Source: Paramoeba atlantica | Taxonomy: Eukaryota > Protista > Discosea | DNA length: 64,000 nt | Reading direction: 5' to 3' | Assembly (NCBI GenBank): GCA_977017575.1 | Contig: CDRNVI010000156.1 | Location: forward strand, 317,503 to 381,502 | Part shown: positions 1 to 12,261 of the stretch, piece after piece | Layout of the letters: the number at the start of each line of letters is the position of its first letter | How positions within the stretch are numbered: position 1 is the first letter of the stretch | Program-made: the position numbers and the translations under genes | Notes under the pieces: model-generated | Told to the model about the DNA's origin: nothing | What the model saw: the letters and a program-made list of their open reading frames with translations, nothing else | Database searches by the model: none

Positions 1-3000
1 CCACCGCCCCTCCTCCAGAAATCTGTCTTCGAACTCGATCAGCACTCAGTGGAGCTCTTTGGCTAAGATTTTGATTTTTGTTCAAACCCAAACCCAAACC
101 CAAACCCAAACCCAAACCAACCGCACCAGAAGAGATTTGGTTCCTTGTTGTTGAAGCAGCGGAGGACATTGGAGAAGGTCCTCCCACCACCAAGTCCTCA
201 AATACTAAACCAACAGGCTGTCCTTCTATTTTCTGTTCTCCAAATTTGTCTGAAGGACTACTTGGAAACGTTCTTTTTTTTTGTTGTTCATCACTCACAG
301 CTTTCTTTCTCTGCAACCCCAACCCCAAACCAACCGCACCAGAAGAGATTTGGTTCCTTGTTGTTGAAGCAGCAGAGGACATCGGAGATGATCCTTCCAC
401 CACCATGTCCTCAAATAATACCAAACCAACAGGCTGTCCTTCTATTTTCTGTTCTCCAATTTTATCTGAAGGACTCCCTGGAAACGATTTTTGTTGTTCA
501 TCGCTTACAATTTGCTTTCTCTGCAACCCCAAACCAACCGCACCAGAAGAGATTTGGTTCCTTGTTGTTGAAGCAGCAGAGGACACCGGAGATGGTCCTC
601 CCACCACCAAGTCCTCAAATAATACCAAACCAACAGGCTGTCCTTCTATTTTCTGTTCTCCAATTTTGTCTGAAGGACTACTTGGAATTCTCTGCAACCC
701 CAAACCCAAACCAACCGCACCAGAAGAGATTTGGTTCCTTCTTGTTCTTGCTGCATCTGGCTCAGAGACCTTTCGTTCTTGAAAACTTGGAGTTTTTTGG
801 TTAAAAATTAACCCAACAGGTTCTCCTGGATTAATCGTAGGGTCAGGAGTTGGAGGAACTAACTCACCTTCGAAAACAAAACTGTTTGAAGGATCTTTCA
901 CCAATCCTTGATTCTCCAAAGGAGGACTTTGGGCCGAATCTGAATGTTGAACTTGAGGATGAAGATCAAGGAAACCAACTGGTTTTCCTGCTGGCTTTCC
1001 CGGAGAATTGAGAACAACATCCGCTGAGGAATAGTCACCTTCCATCGATAAACGGGCAAATTCATCCATTTCGACAGTGTCTTGGGAAACAAGAAGAGAA
1101 GATTTTTGGATTCCTTCTCTGATCGGACTCAATTCGCCTTCTTTCTTTTTGCTCCCTCCTTGTTCGACACAATGGGGTCCGTCAAAAACCAAACGAAAAC
1201 CACCATCTTCACTTGCCGCGATTGCTGGTGAGAAAGAAGGAGAAAACGAAAAAGATTGCTCTTTTGATGGTTCCTCATCAAAAATCAATCCAACAGCTCC
1301 TTCTGAGATTAGGTTTCTTGTGGAAATCGCTGTTTGGGTTGTTGACTCTCTTTCCAATCGCTCTGCCTCAGGATCACCTTCGAATATAAAACATTCTGGA
1401 TGTTGATCAGTTGTGATTAACGAAGGAGAGACAGGAACCCCTCGAAATAATTCACCATCCTCAGAAAATTCACTCGAGACAAATAAACCAACAGCACCTT
1501 CGGAGATTTGATTTCTTGTGGTCACAGCAGCGACACTTGACGATGATGGGGGAGATCGAGTCAACTCCGAGAATTCAGGACTTCGTAGGGAACCACTGTG
1601 CCATTTTTTTAATCAAAACATAATCAGGAGATCAAGACAAGCTCTCTCTCCCTCCCCCCTCAAAAATCAAAAATCAAAATCAAACCAAGGAGAAGCAAGG
1701 AAAAGATCTTCTGACAATTCAGTCACACGAGAAGTTGCAGGTACAACCCAAGAAGGGGGTTGGCAGTAAAATTGAACCTCAGAGAGAGAGAAACCTTCGT
1801 TCAGATCCAAATTTTTTGCAAAACATTTTGGCAGAAAAACTTCTGCAGGTCGGTTTGAAGAGAGGACACCCATTTCTATGTATGATGCTGAAAACAAAAA
1901 TTTTGAATTCTTTCAAACCATAAAATAAAAAATAAAAATAAAAAGAAGAAAGAAAAAACAAAAAACCAGCAACAAGCTGCGAGCAAAACCAGCTATGTTT
2001 CTCGGAAGTAGAGGGAGGCTTTGTTTTTCCAACCCCAGCACGAAGAAACACCTGCATTTGCTTCTCGTAAGGCTCTCCTAGCACAGAACAAATGTGGTTG
2101 ATTATCTTTAAATGGATCGTCGATTTGTAGTTCGATCTATCGAACAAGAGATGTCTTACACCGAGAATGCCACCTCCTTTGACAGTATTCACCAAGCGTC
2201 TGCGGAGGAAGGAGAGAGAGAAAGGGTCAAACAAATTTTTTGATTTTTTGGATGATAAGGAAAAAAGAAAGAGAGGACAAAAAAAAATAAAAAGGGGAGA
2301 GAAACCTTGAGTAATTGAGTATGACGCCCAGTTCTAGCAAAGCTTCTAACAAAAAAACTTCATCATCATGGATAAAAGCCATTGCAACGTGATCCCACCG
2401 ACTTGCTGTCAGGATGCTTGTTACCTTTGAGAGCTATTTAAAGGAATCTCTTGAGATCACTGAACCCTGAAAAAAAGAAAATAAAAATAAAAAAAGAGAA
2501 TGAAGAACCATTCGATTTGTATCAAAAAGTAGGATGTCGCCTGTATTCAAACGGTGTGGGAAATTGGGAACTGGGTATCCGAGATGCGCTTGGAAACCTG
2601 CCGAACAATTATCAAAAAGAGATCATCACATCCTTGAAAACTGAACAGAGAACAAACCGTCCATTGGCAAAGAAGAAAACTGAGCTTGAAAACTCACAAG
2701 GTACTTAGTCGAAGCTTTTCGAGAAGGACGACAAAGGGAGAGACAATAAAGACGAGGTCGGTTGTCAATATCTTCCCATTTCAGTTCCACACTTCCCAAA
2801 AGCGAAGTAACACTAAAGAAAGATGAATAGACCTGCAAAAAAAAGTTGTTGTTGTTGTTGTTGTTGTCGTGTTAAAACCGCTGTAAAACAACACAGAAAA
2901 ATAAGAAAGAAGAGAAGGAATAATATAAAAAGACTCACTTGGATATGGAAGGGATTGGTGGTATCAGTCACAACAAACGTACAGGGTTCATTCCATTCCC

Positions 3001-4081
3001 ATTTTTGAGATCGGTTTCCGGTTTTGGTTGCATAAAAGGACCCATCACTTCCGTCACCCTGGATCACCACACAAACCATTTCATAAGGAGAAGGAGCCGA
3101 AGCGGAGATGATTAAAAGATCAAGATATCCATGAATTCTTATTTTCTTCGATAAAGAAGTCTTTTTCTTCTTTGAAGACGAAAACTTTTCCCGTAACCGA
3201 GAGAAATTAGGTGAAGTAACACTCGAAGGAGAGGAAGGACTTCTCGGAGAAGAAGGGCTGAGAGGTGGAGATAAAGAGAGAGAAGAACTCGCCACAGCAC
3301 TTGGTGGTCGTGGAGGTAAAAATGCTGGGGGACTGGTATTGAGGAAAGGGGGGGAACCAGAAGAAGGAGGAGAATTCGGAGGAGAACCGCTTGAGATGGC
3401 AGCTTTTGGTAGAGGAGAGATTGTTGTATGTCGGTGGATTGAGTTAGAATCAGTTGGTGTGGTTGATCGGGGTCGGTTCTTCTTTTGACGTTTTATCTGA
3501 AATGAAGAAGAGGAAGAGAATAATCGCTCAGCACCAAACTTCTTAGGTGTAGTTTGCCTTTCTTCCTTTTCTCCTTGATCATCAAGACAAAGTTCATCAT
3601 CTGTATCCGCTCCTCGAAGAGAATTTGGAGGAGATAAGGGAGACTGTTCTCCTTTAGGTGGAGAGAGTTGGTTTTGCGATGGAGGGAGCGCGAAAATGAC
3701 TTTCTTTGGAGAAAAACCAATTGGAGAAAGAGAGCTACCTTTACCTCCTCCGAAAGAAGATCCGTCTGAAGATGATCCCCCAGACTCTCTTGAGACTCTC
3801 TTCGTCAGGATGGAATTTGGAGAGAATTCACGTTCCCCACAACCTCTCTTTTTTTCCTTTTTCCTGTCTTTCTTTTTCTCTTTTTTCAAGAGTTTCTTCT
3901 TTTTCTTTTTGACCACTTTCTTTTGTTCTTTGAAATCAAAAACTTCTTTTTCATCTGGAGAACTCAACGCCTCCCTCTCTTCTCGTCGTTCGTCTTCCGG
4001 ATGAATCGTATTTTGAGAACCCAAACTCTCTGACAGAGTCTCGCCGAACTTGAGGCTAAATGATTTTGAATTTCTTTCCAT
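1..4081 (-). CDS. Multi-exon C2 domain + permuted papain-like (NlpC/P60, YiiX/YebB-type) amidase, paralog A; long S/P-rich N-terminus and repetitive C-terminal tail running off the window
   Basis: ORF 2813-4081 has a C2-like segment (GYLDLLIISA...WEWNEPCTFVV). Spliced downstream exons give LNTGDILLFD, SRWDHVAMAF, LLEALLELGV, GILGVRHL and SWFCSQLVA, the His-before-Cys order of permuted NlpC/P60 enzymes. Confidence 0.75.
117..780 (-). repeat. Coding tandem repeat, about 3.5 units of 177-213 bp, in the tail of paralog A
   Basis: CCAACCGCACCAGAAGAGATTTGGTTC recurs at 117, 330, 534 and 711. Spacings of 213, 204 and 177 are all multiples of 3; the minus strand reads RNQISSGAVGL. Confidence 0.9.
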
Positions 4082-4329
4082 GATGAATTTAATTCATGAT
4101 CCTCAAACGCCCTCTCTCTCTTTCAAAAAGGGATCGACAATCCAAACAGGCGACCGACGATTTGGGGGGTGTTGTTGTGTGGTGGTGTGGTGGTTCGAAG
4201 CGAGAAAAATCAAAACAAAAAAAGATTTTTTTTGTTGTGGTTAGATTTAGATCTCTATTTTTTTATGAGAGCTTCTTTCTCTTTTTTCTGTTTGATCTTC
4301 ACAAACACAAAAACAACAACAACAAATTA

Positions 4330-6644
4330 TCATTGTTTGGCGATAATATCAACCCAAGAAGGAGGGTGGGAACATAAATGAATTTCTGACAAAGAGTATC
4401 TTCCTTGTAATTCGATATTCTCCAAAGCAAAATCTTTCGGAAAAAACCCGGTCGGACGAATATTTTTGGAATTGAGGATGTTCATCTCTTGATAATATGC
4501 TAGATCAAAAAAAGATAATATTTCAATTAATTCTGTTTTAAAGTATAAAAATTAAAAAAAATTGTAATGTTAAAAAACCTAAAATAGCTTGGGAACAAAA
4601 CCAACTCTTTTCATCCGAAGGAGGCGGAGCTTGAAGAACCAAACCAGATTTTAAATATCTTGTCATTTGTAATTGAAAGGATTCTCCCAACATAGACTGA
4701 ACATACGAAGCAGTTTTACAAGTCAACAAATCTCTTGATCCTTGCCAATTGGACGATAAATGTCGAACACCAATGGATCCACCTCCTTGCAATACTTTCC
4801 GCAAACGTCTAAATAAAATCATCCAATCGTAAGTCAAATCAAAACAACAAATTTTTACATCCAGAGAAAAAAGAAAAGAAAAAAAACTGAAAAAAATGAA
4901 AATGAACCAACCTTGCAGCGTTGTTGAGAATAACACCAAACTCAAGGAGTGCCTCGAATAGTAATACCTCTCCTCCCTCTTGACAATAAACAACCGCAAC
5001 ATGATCCCAACCCCGATCTGAGAGAAGTCGATTGAATGGATCTTTGGAAAACACTGGATTGGATTCAATCAAAACAATGTCCCCAGTCCGCAGTCTTTGA
5101 GGAAAAGATGGAATTGGGGAACCAAGATGAGCTAAGAAACCTGTTCTCCCAATTCAAAATTAGACAAACAAAATTATAAAAAAAAACAATAATTGAACAT
5201 AATCAATTTTTGAGCACAACAAACCTTCATTTGGAGAAGAAGAAAACTGAGCTTGGAGATTGACACGATACTTGGAAGATTTCCCAGATGGAGAAATAAG
5301 AGAAAGACGATAGGTCTGAGGTTGTTCTTCTAAATCCTCCCATTTGAGGTCAGCAGTCCCAACGAGAGAATTAAGTCCAAAAGCGATTGAGTACAGCTGA
5401 AAAAAATCGAATTAGATAAAAAAAAAGGGGGAGGGTGGCAAAACATTTTAAAAAAGTATAAACTCAAAAAAAAAATGTACCTGAATCTGGAAGGGCTGTG
5501 TCAGGTCATTCACCACAAATGTACAAGATTCATTCCATTCCCATTTCTGCGATCTCTTCCCAAATTTTGTCGAAAAGAAACCACCATCGCTTCCATTCCC
5601 ATGCAGCACTGTACAACACATCTCTTGATGGGTGGGTCCAGAACCAGAATCAATCAAAATATCAAGAAATCCACACACTTTGCTCCCTTGGTCTGGTGAT
5701 GAAGGAATACTTGCGTTTGGGAATTGGGGAGAGTGAGGAGAATGAGGCGAACGAGGAGAAAGTTTGGTTGTTGTTGGAGAGAATGAAGTGGTTTTTGGAC
5801 GACCTCGGGATTTCCTTTGGCGCTTGTCAATGAAAAGAGTTCGTGTAGAATTAGTCGATCGAGTTCTCCCAAAAGATTTCAAACTTGGAGACTCATCACT
5901 GTTTGCCGGGGCGCTATGTCTGCTCGGGGACTTCGAATGGGAGGGAGGATCGCGTGTTTCTGAGAATGGAGGAAGTAAACCTCTGGCATTTGGAGATGTT
6001 GGGGGCGGAGACCCAACTTTTTTAATTGAAAGAGATGGTTTTGGGGAACAACTCATAAGAGAAAGAGATTTCTTGGGAAAGAAAGATCGTTTTGAAGGTG
6101 GCTCAGAAAGAGAAGGAGGAGGAGAAGTTGATTGTGGACGAAAAGAAACATGAAACGAGGGAGAAACTTCTGGAGAATGTTGTACTTTGTCTTGTTTTCC
6201 CAAATGAAGAATTCCTTCAGATAATTGCCGTTGTTCCGGACCACTTAACCTTCGGACCACCCCACCTTCTTCGCCACTCCCGCTATCCCCACCAGAACCA
6301 GATGTTCTTCGATTTTTTTTGGTCTTTTCCTCTTTGCTTATTTTCAATTTTTTCGTTGTTGCTCCGCTTTCACGAGTTTTAATATTTTTCTCCTTTGTTC
6401 CTAATTTCCGATGTCCATCGACGCTCTGTGTGAGAGGTAAATCCCATTTCAGAGGCCTTTTATTTCTAGCAAGCTCCTCGGGTGACCCTCTCGTTATTAT
6501 GGTGCCATTCTCGTTAGTTGAACCATATTGAGGGGAAAAAAACAGAGCAGGGCGTTCCTTTTTTCTTTCCTCACCGTCTCTCAATTGGACTCCAATAATT
6601 TCAGGTCCCTTTTCTTTGTCGGAAAAATCGAAAACAGAATCCAT
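4330..6644 (-). CDS. C2 + permuted papain-like amidase, paralog B (short tail)
   Basis: ORF 5448-6854 has the C2 segment (GFLDILIDSG...WEWNESCTFVV). Downstream exons give GDIVL, RGWDHVAVVY, LLFEALLEFGV, SIGVRHL and SWFCSQAI. The 5' end is uncertain. Confidence 0.75.
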
Positions 6645-6942
6645 CAGTTTAAAAAAAAGGAAAAAAGAGATGATAACAAGAAAACAATTCGGATTTTGGT
6701 GGTTCACCGATGAGGGAGGAACAAAACAAAGGTGCGGTATGTCCGCTATTCCCAGAACAGAAAGGGAGCCAATCAAAAAGCCCAAACACACGAGGGGAGT
6801 AAAAAAACTAAATAAGGGAATCGGTGGACACCACTGAAAAGTGGACACCACCATTTCGTCTTTTTCGTTTTTTTTGCTTTTTTTTTTTTTTTGGAAAGAG
6901 TTTCTCTTCTCTCTCTCCGTTCTCTTTCTTCCGCCGCCAGCG

Positions 6943-8046
6943 ATGGCCCTTCGTGCAAAACATTTTGCTGACCTGCTTCTAAGAGCAAAACGAAAGTATA
7001 TTCTTGGTGGTCGCGCTTATTATGAACCTCTTGAATGGCTTTGGGCTCCCCCTGAACCTCGAATCGACTCTGATCCCGCGACGGGTTGGAGTGACCAGGA
7101 AACTCGTGTTGGGATGATTGGAAGAAAACTTGGGATGTTATCTGATTACGATTCTTGGGGGAATATGATTCCAGTCACTCTTATCGAAGTTTTACCAAAC
7201 TATGTTGTTCAAATGAAGACAGAAGAGAAAGAAGGATTTAACGCTCTCCAAGTTGGGACTCTTCCAATGAAAGCGAAAAAGGCGACAGCTCAGTTGGTGG
7301 GACACTGTCAAAAGGCTGGAGTTCCTCTTTGTTCAAAGTTAATGGAATTTCAAGTATCCTCTGGTTCTCTTCTTCCAGTTGGAACTGTTTTAGATTCCCG
7401 TCATTTCTCTCCTGGACAATACTTAGATATTCGAGGATTGACTGTCGGAAAAGGTTTTCAAGGAGGGATGAAGAGGTGGGGGTTTTCGGGATTACCAGCT
7501 TCTCATGGAGTCTCGCTCGCTCATCGTTCGATTGGTTCAACCGGAGCTTGTCAAGATCCTGGAAAAGTGTGGAAAGGAAAAAAGATGCCAGGTCGAATGG
7601 GTCACAAAAATCGGACAGTGAAAAATGTTCTCTTGTACAAAATTGACCCTGAAAATGGTGTCTTCGTCGTAAAAGGTCAACTTCCAGGGAAACCAGGAAC
7701 ATGGCTTCGAATTATTGATGCAAAGAACAAGTTACACCCGAAACCGCCCCCCTTTCCAACATTCGTCCCTCCAGAAGATGAAGATCCGAGTACCTTGGGG
7801 ATTTTGGAAGGAGAACTTCCAATGCCATATCAAACAAGATTACAAGGTGCTCATTCTCCATCTTTTTCCAATGAAACTGTTTGGGATGTTCAAAAACGTT
7901 TGGGGTTGAAGGCGTTGGCTGAGTATCGAAAAGAGCAAGAGTTACGAGAGTTAGAAGGACTCCCTCCGGATGAGTGGGTTGGTTGTGATGCTCTTGAAAG
8001 AGCAATCAATGAATATGAAAAGAGAAAAGCAAGAAAAAATGTTTAA
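6943..8046 (+). CDS. MRPL3: Mitochondrial-type ribosomal protein L3 (uL3m), intronless
   Basis: RVGMIGRKLGM, GKGFQGGMKRWGF, HRSIGSTG and GKKMPGRMG are hallmark bacterial-type uL3 motifs. Confidence 0.95.
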   Translation: MALRAKHFADLLLRAKRKYILGGRAYYEPLEWLWAPPEPRIDSDPATGWSDQETRVGMIGRKLGMLSDYDSWGNMIPVTLIEVLPNYVVQMKTEEKEGFNALQVGTLPMKAKKATAQLVGHCQKAGVPLCSKLMEFQVSSGSLLPVGTVLDSRHFSPGQYLDIRGLTVGKGFQGGMKRWGFSGLPASHGVSLAHRSIGSTGACQDPGKVWKGKKMPGRMGHKNRTVKNVLLYKIDPENGVFVVKGQLPGKPGTWLRIIDAKNKLHPKPPPFPTFVPPEDEDPSTLGILEGELPMPYQTRLQGAHSPSFSNETVWDVQKRLGLKALAEYRKEQELRELEGLPPDEWVGCDALERAINEYEKRKARKNV

Positions 8047-8259
8047 AAAAAAAACAAAAAACAATTTTGTTTCACAAAACAAAAACGATAAAAAAAATAA
8101 TTAAAGATTCCCCCCACTGAAAATTTGATTTTAAAAATAATTTATGAAAAAAAAAGATTCAAAAAAAAAGATAAAAATGTTACAACAAAATCCCAACAAG
8201 GTACTCATCACACCACCATATCACATTTTTTTACCCACAGCACACAAAGACCATAAAAA

Positions 8260-9744
8260 TTATTTCTTCAGAACAACATTCGAAGGACTCAACCCATCAA
8301 TGTCATAATCACCAATACTGGGGGGAACATTCGGAGTATGCATTGTACGAGCAGTGTACTTCAATAAATCATCTCGAACAAGCTGATCATGATGTCTTTT
8401 GAAATCTTCATTGCTCAATCTCCCTAATTCTTTCCATTGTGTGTGAATCATGGACCAAAAACCCTGTCCTCTTCCAGGAGTTCCAGTTCCTCTGTCTTCA
8501 ATCAAGTAAGCATCACAAACGCTCCGGAAAAACGCAATTCTTCCTTTCGCAGCCTCCACATCAACAATATGAGAAACTTCCCCAATAATTTTTTCAGTTA
8601 AATCTGGGAGTGGGACACGAAGCCATCGTGCATAACTTCCTTTTCCTTGGAGTTGTTTTCGAACTTTATCTTTGACTTGTCGGAGTTCTGACTCAACAGC
8701 TTTCAAAGCATATTTTACTGCATAAGCATTCTCTGGTGCATTGACAAGGAGGTTTCGAGTTGTGGGACATCGTTGCAACCAAGACTTTAGAGTTGCTTTA
8801 TCAGGGCAAGGAGGGAAAACTGGTTTATAGAACGCAGCTTGAAACCAGAGTTTCACTTGTTCTAACTCAGATTCTGTGAGAGGTTTGATCGTTCCACCTG
8901 TTTGATCAGAAGAAAAAAAAGTTAGTTTTTTTGAGAAATGAAAAAAAATATTTGCTTGAGGAAAATAAATTCTTCCTTTCATCTTCTTTTTGGAAAAAAA
9001 AAAAAAGAAGAAAATTAAAAACTACTGTCTTTTTGAAATCAAAAAAGAAAGAAAAAAAACACACCTCGTAATTCTTCTGCTAAAGCATTTACATCTTGAC
9101 GTAACCCCACAAGAGCTTCTCGAATTGGGCGAAGCTCTTCACGGAGATGACGTCTTGTAAGATTGAGTTCGTGAGAATCAAGAATTGCAGCTTCAGTCCC
9201 TGCTGGTGAGAATGAAGGTGGTGGACTTTGTTCTCTTCGGGGTTGAACAACTTCTTGTCCGTCTGGAGGTGCAAGCCTCATTCTTTGGCGAGGGGGACCA
9301 AGGTCACTTTGTGAAGTTGGTCTCCTTCTTCTCCTTCCTGTGGTGTGTTGTGTGTGTGAGAGAATTCCAAGAAGAGATATTATTTTCATATCGAACAAAT
9401 TTTGTTGGTATGTTGTTGAGAAACACAATGAAACCACAAAAAAGCTGTGTTTTTCTTCGAATCCCAAACATTCAAAATAAAAAAACCTGCATCATAAACA
9501 TCTTCTTCTCCCAAATGTTGATGTTGTGTGAGATCCTCAACCCCTTCTTCTCCTGGAATCTGGCTCTGGAAAAAAAAAAAATTGCTTGGATGAACAAAAG
9601 AGCAAAAAAGGAAGAGAAAAGAAGGGGAAAGTTACGGATGTACCATCGCGGCGGAAAAGTTTCAAACTCTTGTGTTGAAAGTGTGCGAAGGTGGGCGGGA
9701 GACAAATAGTCCCCATTCAGGGCAACTTTGTATGCTCTTCCCAC
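8260..9744 (-). CDS. Hypothetical multi-exon protein
   Basis: Long non-T-rich exon at about 8260-8907 and exon at about 9064-9330 bounded by GT-AG T-rich introns; no recognisable family. Confidence 0.4.
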
Positions 9745-10075
9745 TGAAAATTATAGGGACCAATTTTGGATTTGGGGGTCAAATGATGGGATGTTTTCGG
9801 GATGTCTCGTTTTTTGTCAACTGGGATTCTTATTGTCATTTTTCTCTGAAGCATTTCTCAGAGTCATTCTTTCCCATTCAAAATCCGGTGTTGCTTTTTC
9901 GGTTTTTGGTTTTTTTTTTTTTTGTTTTCTTTTTCAGCTGCCGAAGGCTGCCCACCAACAACAAATCAAGATGGTTTGTTGACTCTCTTCTCTTTTTCTT
10001 CTTCCACTTCGTTGACCAAACCATATCACCCCATTCTCTCTCTCTCTTCGTCTCCTCACCTCTTTCACACAGTCA

Positions 10076-10627
10076 ATGTATGTTCGAGCGAAGAGACACA
10101 AATACACCGTTTTTCTTTATTGTGATCCGTCAGATAAAGCCTCATCGCTCAAAGAACAGGTTCAAAAACAAAAAAAAACATTTTAGTTTTGAATAAGAAA
10201 CTTGTTGAATTCTCTTCTTCAATCTCTTCAATATTAGAAATGAAATACACTTGCCCTTTGTCCAGTCCCAAATATGACTCCTTCCAAAATCTATTTTGCT
10301 TATGATTAGTCATTTTAGATTATCTCCTTGAAGATTGATGATCGAACGTTACCTTTTGAGAAGATTCGATTGTACAAGGATGACCGTGCACCCCTTGATG
10401 ATGACAAAACACTCGAAGAATCTAAAATTGAAAATGATGGAGTGATCTTTTTTTGTTTCAAAATCGAAGGTTGTTCTCATTTTTTTTTTTTTTGAGAGTT
10501 TTTTTTTTCTTTCCTTTCTCTTTCTTTTGTGTCCAACAAAAACTCTTTTATGAATCGTTTTTTGAAAGGAACTGAAGCATGGGAAGATATTGATGTCCAA
10601 AATGTTGGTGCCTCAGCCGCTTCTTGA
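10076..10627 (+). CDS. ELOB: Elongin-B-like ubiquitin-fold protein
   Basis: Spliced product MYVRAKRHKYTVFLYCDPSDKASSLKEQ...FEKIRLYKDDRAPLDDDKTLEESKIENDGVIFF...EAWEDIDVQ resembles Elongin B. Confidence 0.7.
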
Positions 10628-10873
10628 TCAGGAGAAGAGGAGTGTTTAAGAAACAAAAATTGGCATTGATCTTCGATTCAAATGCTGAAAACTTTGGTGG
10701 TGTGTTCTCACAATTAATAATAATTATTCACCACACACACACCTGATTATAATTGTGTGAAGGATGATATTGGATCACATGTGATGGGAATGAAATCAAA
10801 AAAAAAAATTAGTCTGAATTCATCTTTGTGTATAATTGATATTTTCTCTTTTACTTTGTTGGATTGAGCGAAT

Positions 10874-11510
10874 TTAATCTTCTGATTCCATACAATGAAT
10901 CCAAGCACGCTCAAAAGGGGCAGGGTCATCTCTTGCCATTGTAACAACAGCAACGTAAGCTTGGAAAGTTCCGCTGCAGTCATTTGTCTTTTCAGACCTA
11001 ACAAAGGGAAAAGTTTATGTGAATATTGAGAGAGAAAGAGAGCGGAAAAAAAAGGCTTTTGTGTGTTAAAAAAAAAAAAAAAGAAATGGACATACAAAGC
11101 TTCAACTTGTGATTTGAGGTCATCTGCGATTGAGGAACAATTATCAGCACCCTTGTCCTTCACACATTGTGCATATTGATCACGAGTTGGTTGTAATCGA
11201 GAATTGAAGTAAGGAGCGGAGGCTTGTCGTGCAGCAGCTTTTTTTGTGAAAAAGAAGGGAAACGTCAACAAAAAAAGAAATGTTATTCTGACTTTTTTGA
11301 TCAAAAAGAAATACTCTTACCATAAACATGAGCACGGATTTCTTTTGGGATCTCCTCAGGCATTTCCTCAGGGGCATCCTTTGCCATGTCCCTACCCTTT
11401 TGGACTCTCGCTCTCCATTTCTCTTCAGCTGCAGCCATCACGAAAAGAAGCAAAACGCAAAAAAAAACCCCAAAAGCTTTGGGTCAAATCTGTTAGTTTT
11501 CTCCCAATTT
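10874..11510 (-). CDS. Small cysteine-containing protein (possibly a mitochondrial twin-CX9C type)
   Basis: Spliced exons AAEEKWRARVQKG..., AAARQASAPY...YAQCVKDKGADNCSS... and ...AWIHCMESED*. Start codon not resolved. Confidence 0.4.
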
Positions 11511-11634
11511 TCCAGGGAGTTTGAAGACGAAAAGATCTCTTGACCGAACCGGTATTGTAGTAGTTTTTTTCGTTGTTTTTTTTGTGAGTTTCTTGTTTTT
11601 GGTGTTGTGTTGGTTCTTTTGTTCTCGTTGTCAA

Positions 11635-12165
11635 ATGTGCGAAGATGGTAATTTGACAATCTGTCTGGATTCCTCTCGAGGGTTCAAAGTGGACAAACCT
11701 TTACGAAAAGATATTTCAAACACTTGGGTTGTGAAGGTGAAAGACCTCTCGGAAAATGCTGAGAGGAATTCCGTTGATGGAATCGCGTTTTCCGTGGGTG
11801 TTGTCCAGAGTTCTGCTGAGACTCGTTCATGGCCAGTTTGGGGGTTTGATCGTAATGGTTGGGGCGTCGCTTGTTGGAGTCGTTGGGGATTTATTCACCT
11901 TGTTCATGACACTGAAACGGTGAAAAAAGTGGGGGGAAAGCATTTGATAAGTGTTGGAGATGAATTTGAGTTGACTGTTGATGAAGGAGGGGTCTTGTCG
12001 ATCTCCTTGAATGGAGAAGACCTCGGATCTATTCAAGTTCCAAAGGAAGAAGAAACTTTGTTATATCCTGCTGTTTTCACGTATTTGAATGGGTATGACT
12101 CAGTCACTGCTGAAATTGAGATGAATCCGGTTGGTATGACTTTTAAACCTGCGAAAAGAGGTTGA
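11635..12165 (+). CDS. SPRY/B30.2-like beta-sandwich protein
   Basis: WVVKV...SVGVV...GW...SVGDEFELTVDEGGVLSISLNGEDLG...LYPAV pattern typical of SPRY domains. Confidence 0.65.
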   Translation: MCEDGNLTICLDSSRGFKVDKPLRKDISNTWVVKVKDLSENAERNSVDGIAFSVGVVQSSAETRSWPVWGFDRNGWGVACWSRWGFIHLVHDTETVKKVGGKHLISVGDEFELTVDEGGVLSISLNGEDLGSIQVPKEEETLLYPAVFTYLNGYDSVTAEIEMNPVGMTFKPAKRG

Positions 12166-12261
12166 AAATTCGGTCTCTTGAAGGATCGTCGTCTTTGAAT
12201 GTTTTCCAAAGGAATTCTTCTTTTTTGTCGTTTTGTGGGGTTTATTGTTCGTTGGTGTTTA

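Noticed and set aside
83-120. (AAACCC)n run resembling a telomeric repeat
   Set aside because: It is in frame within the coding tail of paralog A (encodes GL repeats), and shorter versions recur in each repeat unit.
78-1769. Plus-strand ORFs of 234, 219 and 109 aa
   Set aside because: Antisense shadows of the minus-strand repetitive exon of paralog A.
6824-6850. GTGGACACCA direct repeat in the MRPL3/paralog B divergent promoter
   Set aside because: Too short to support as a regulatory site without comparative data.
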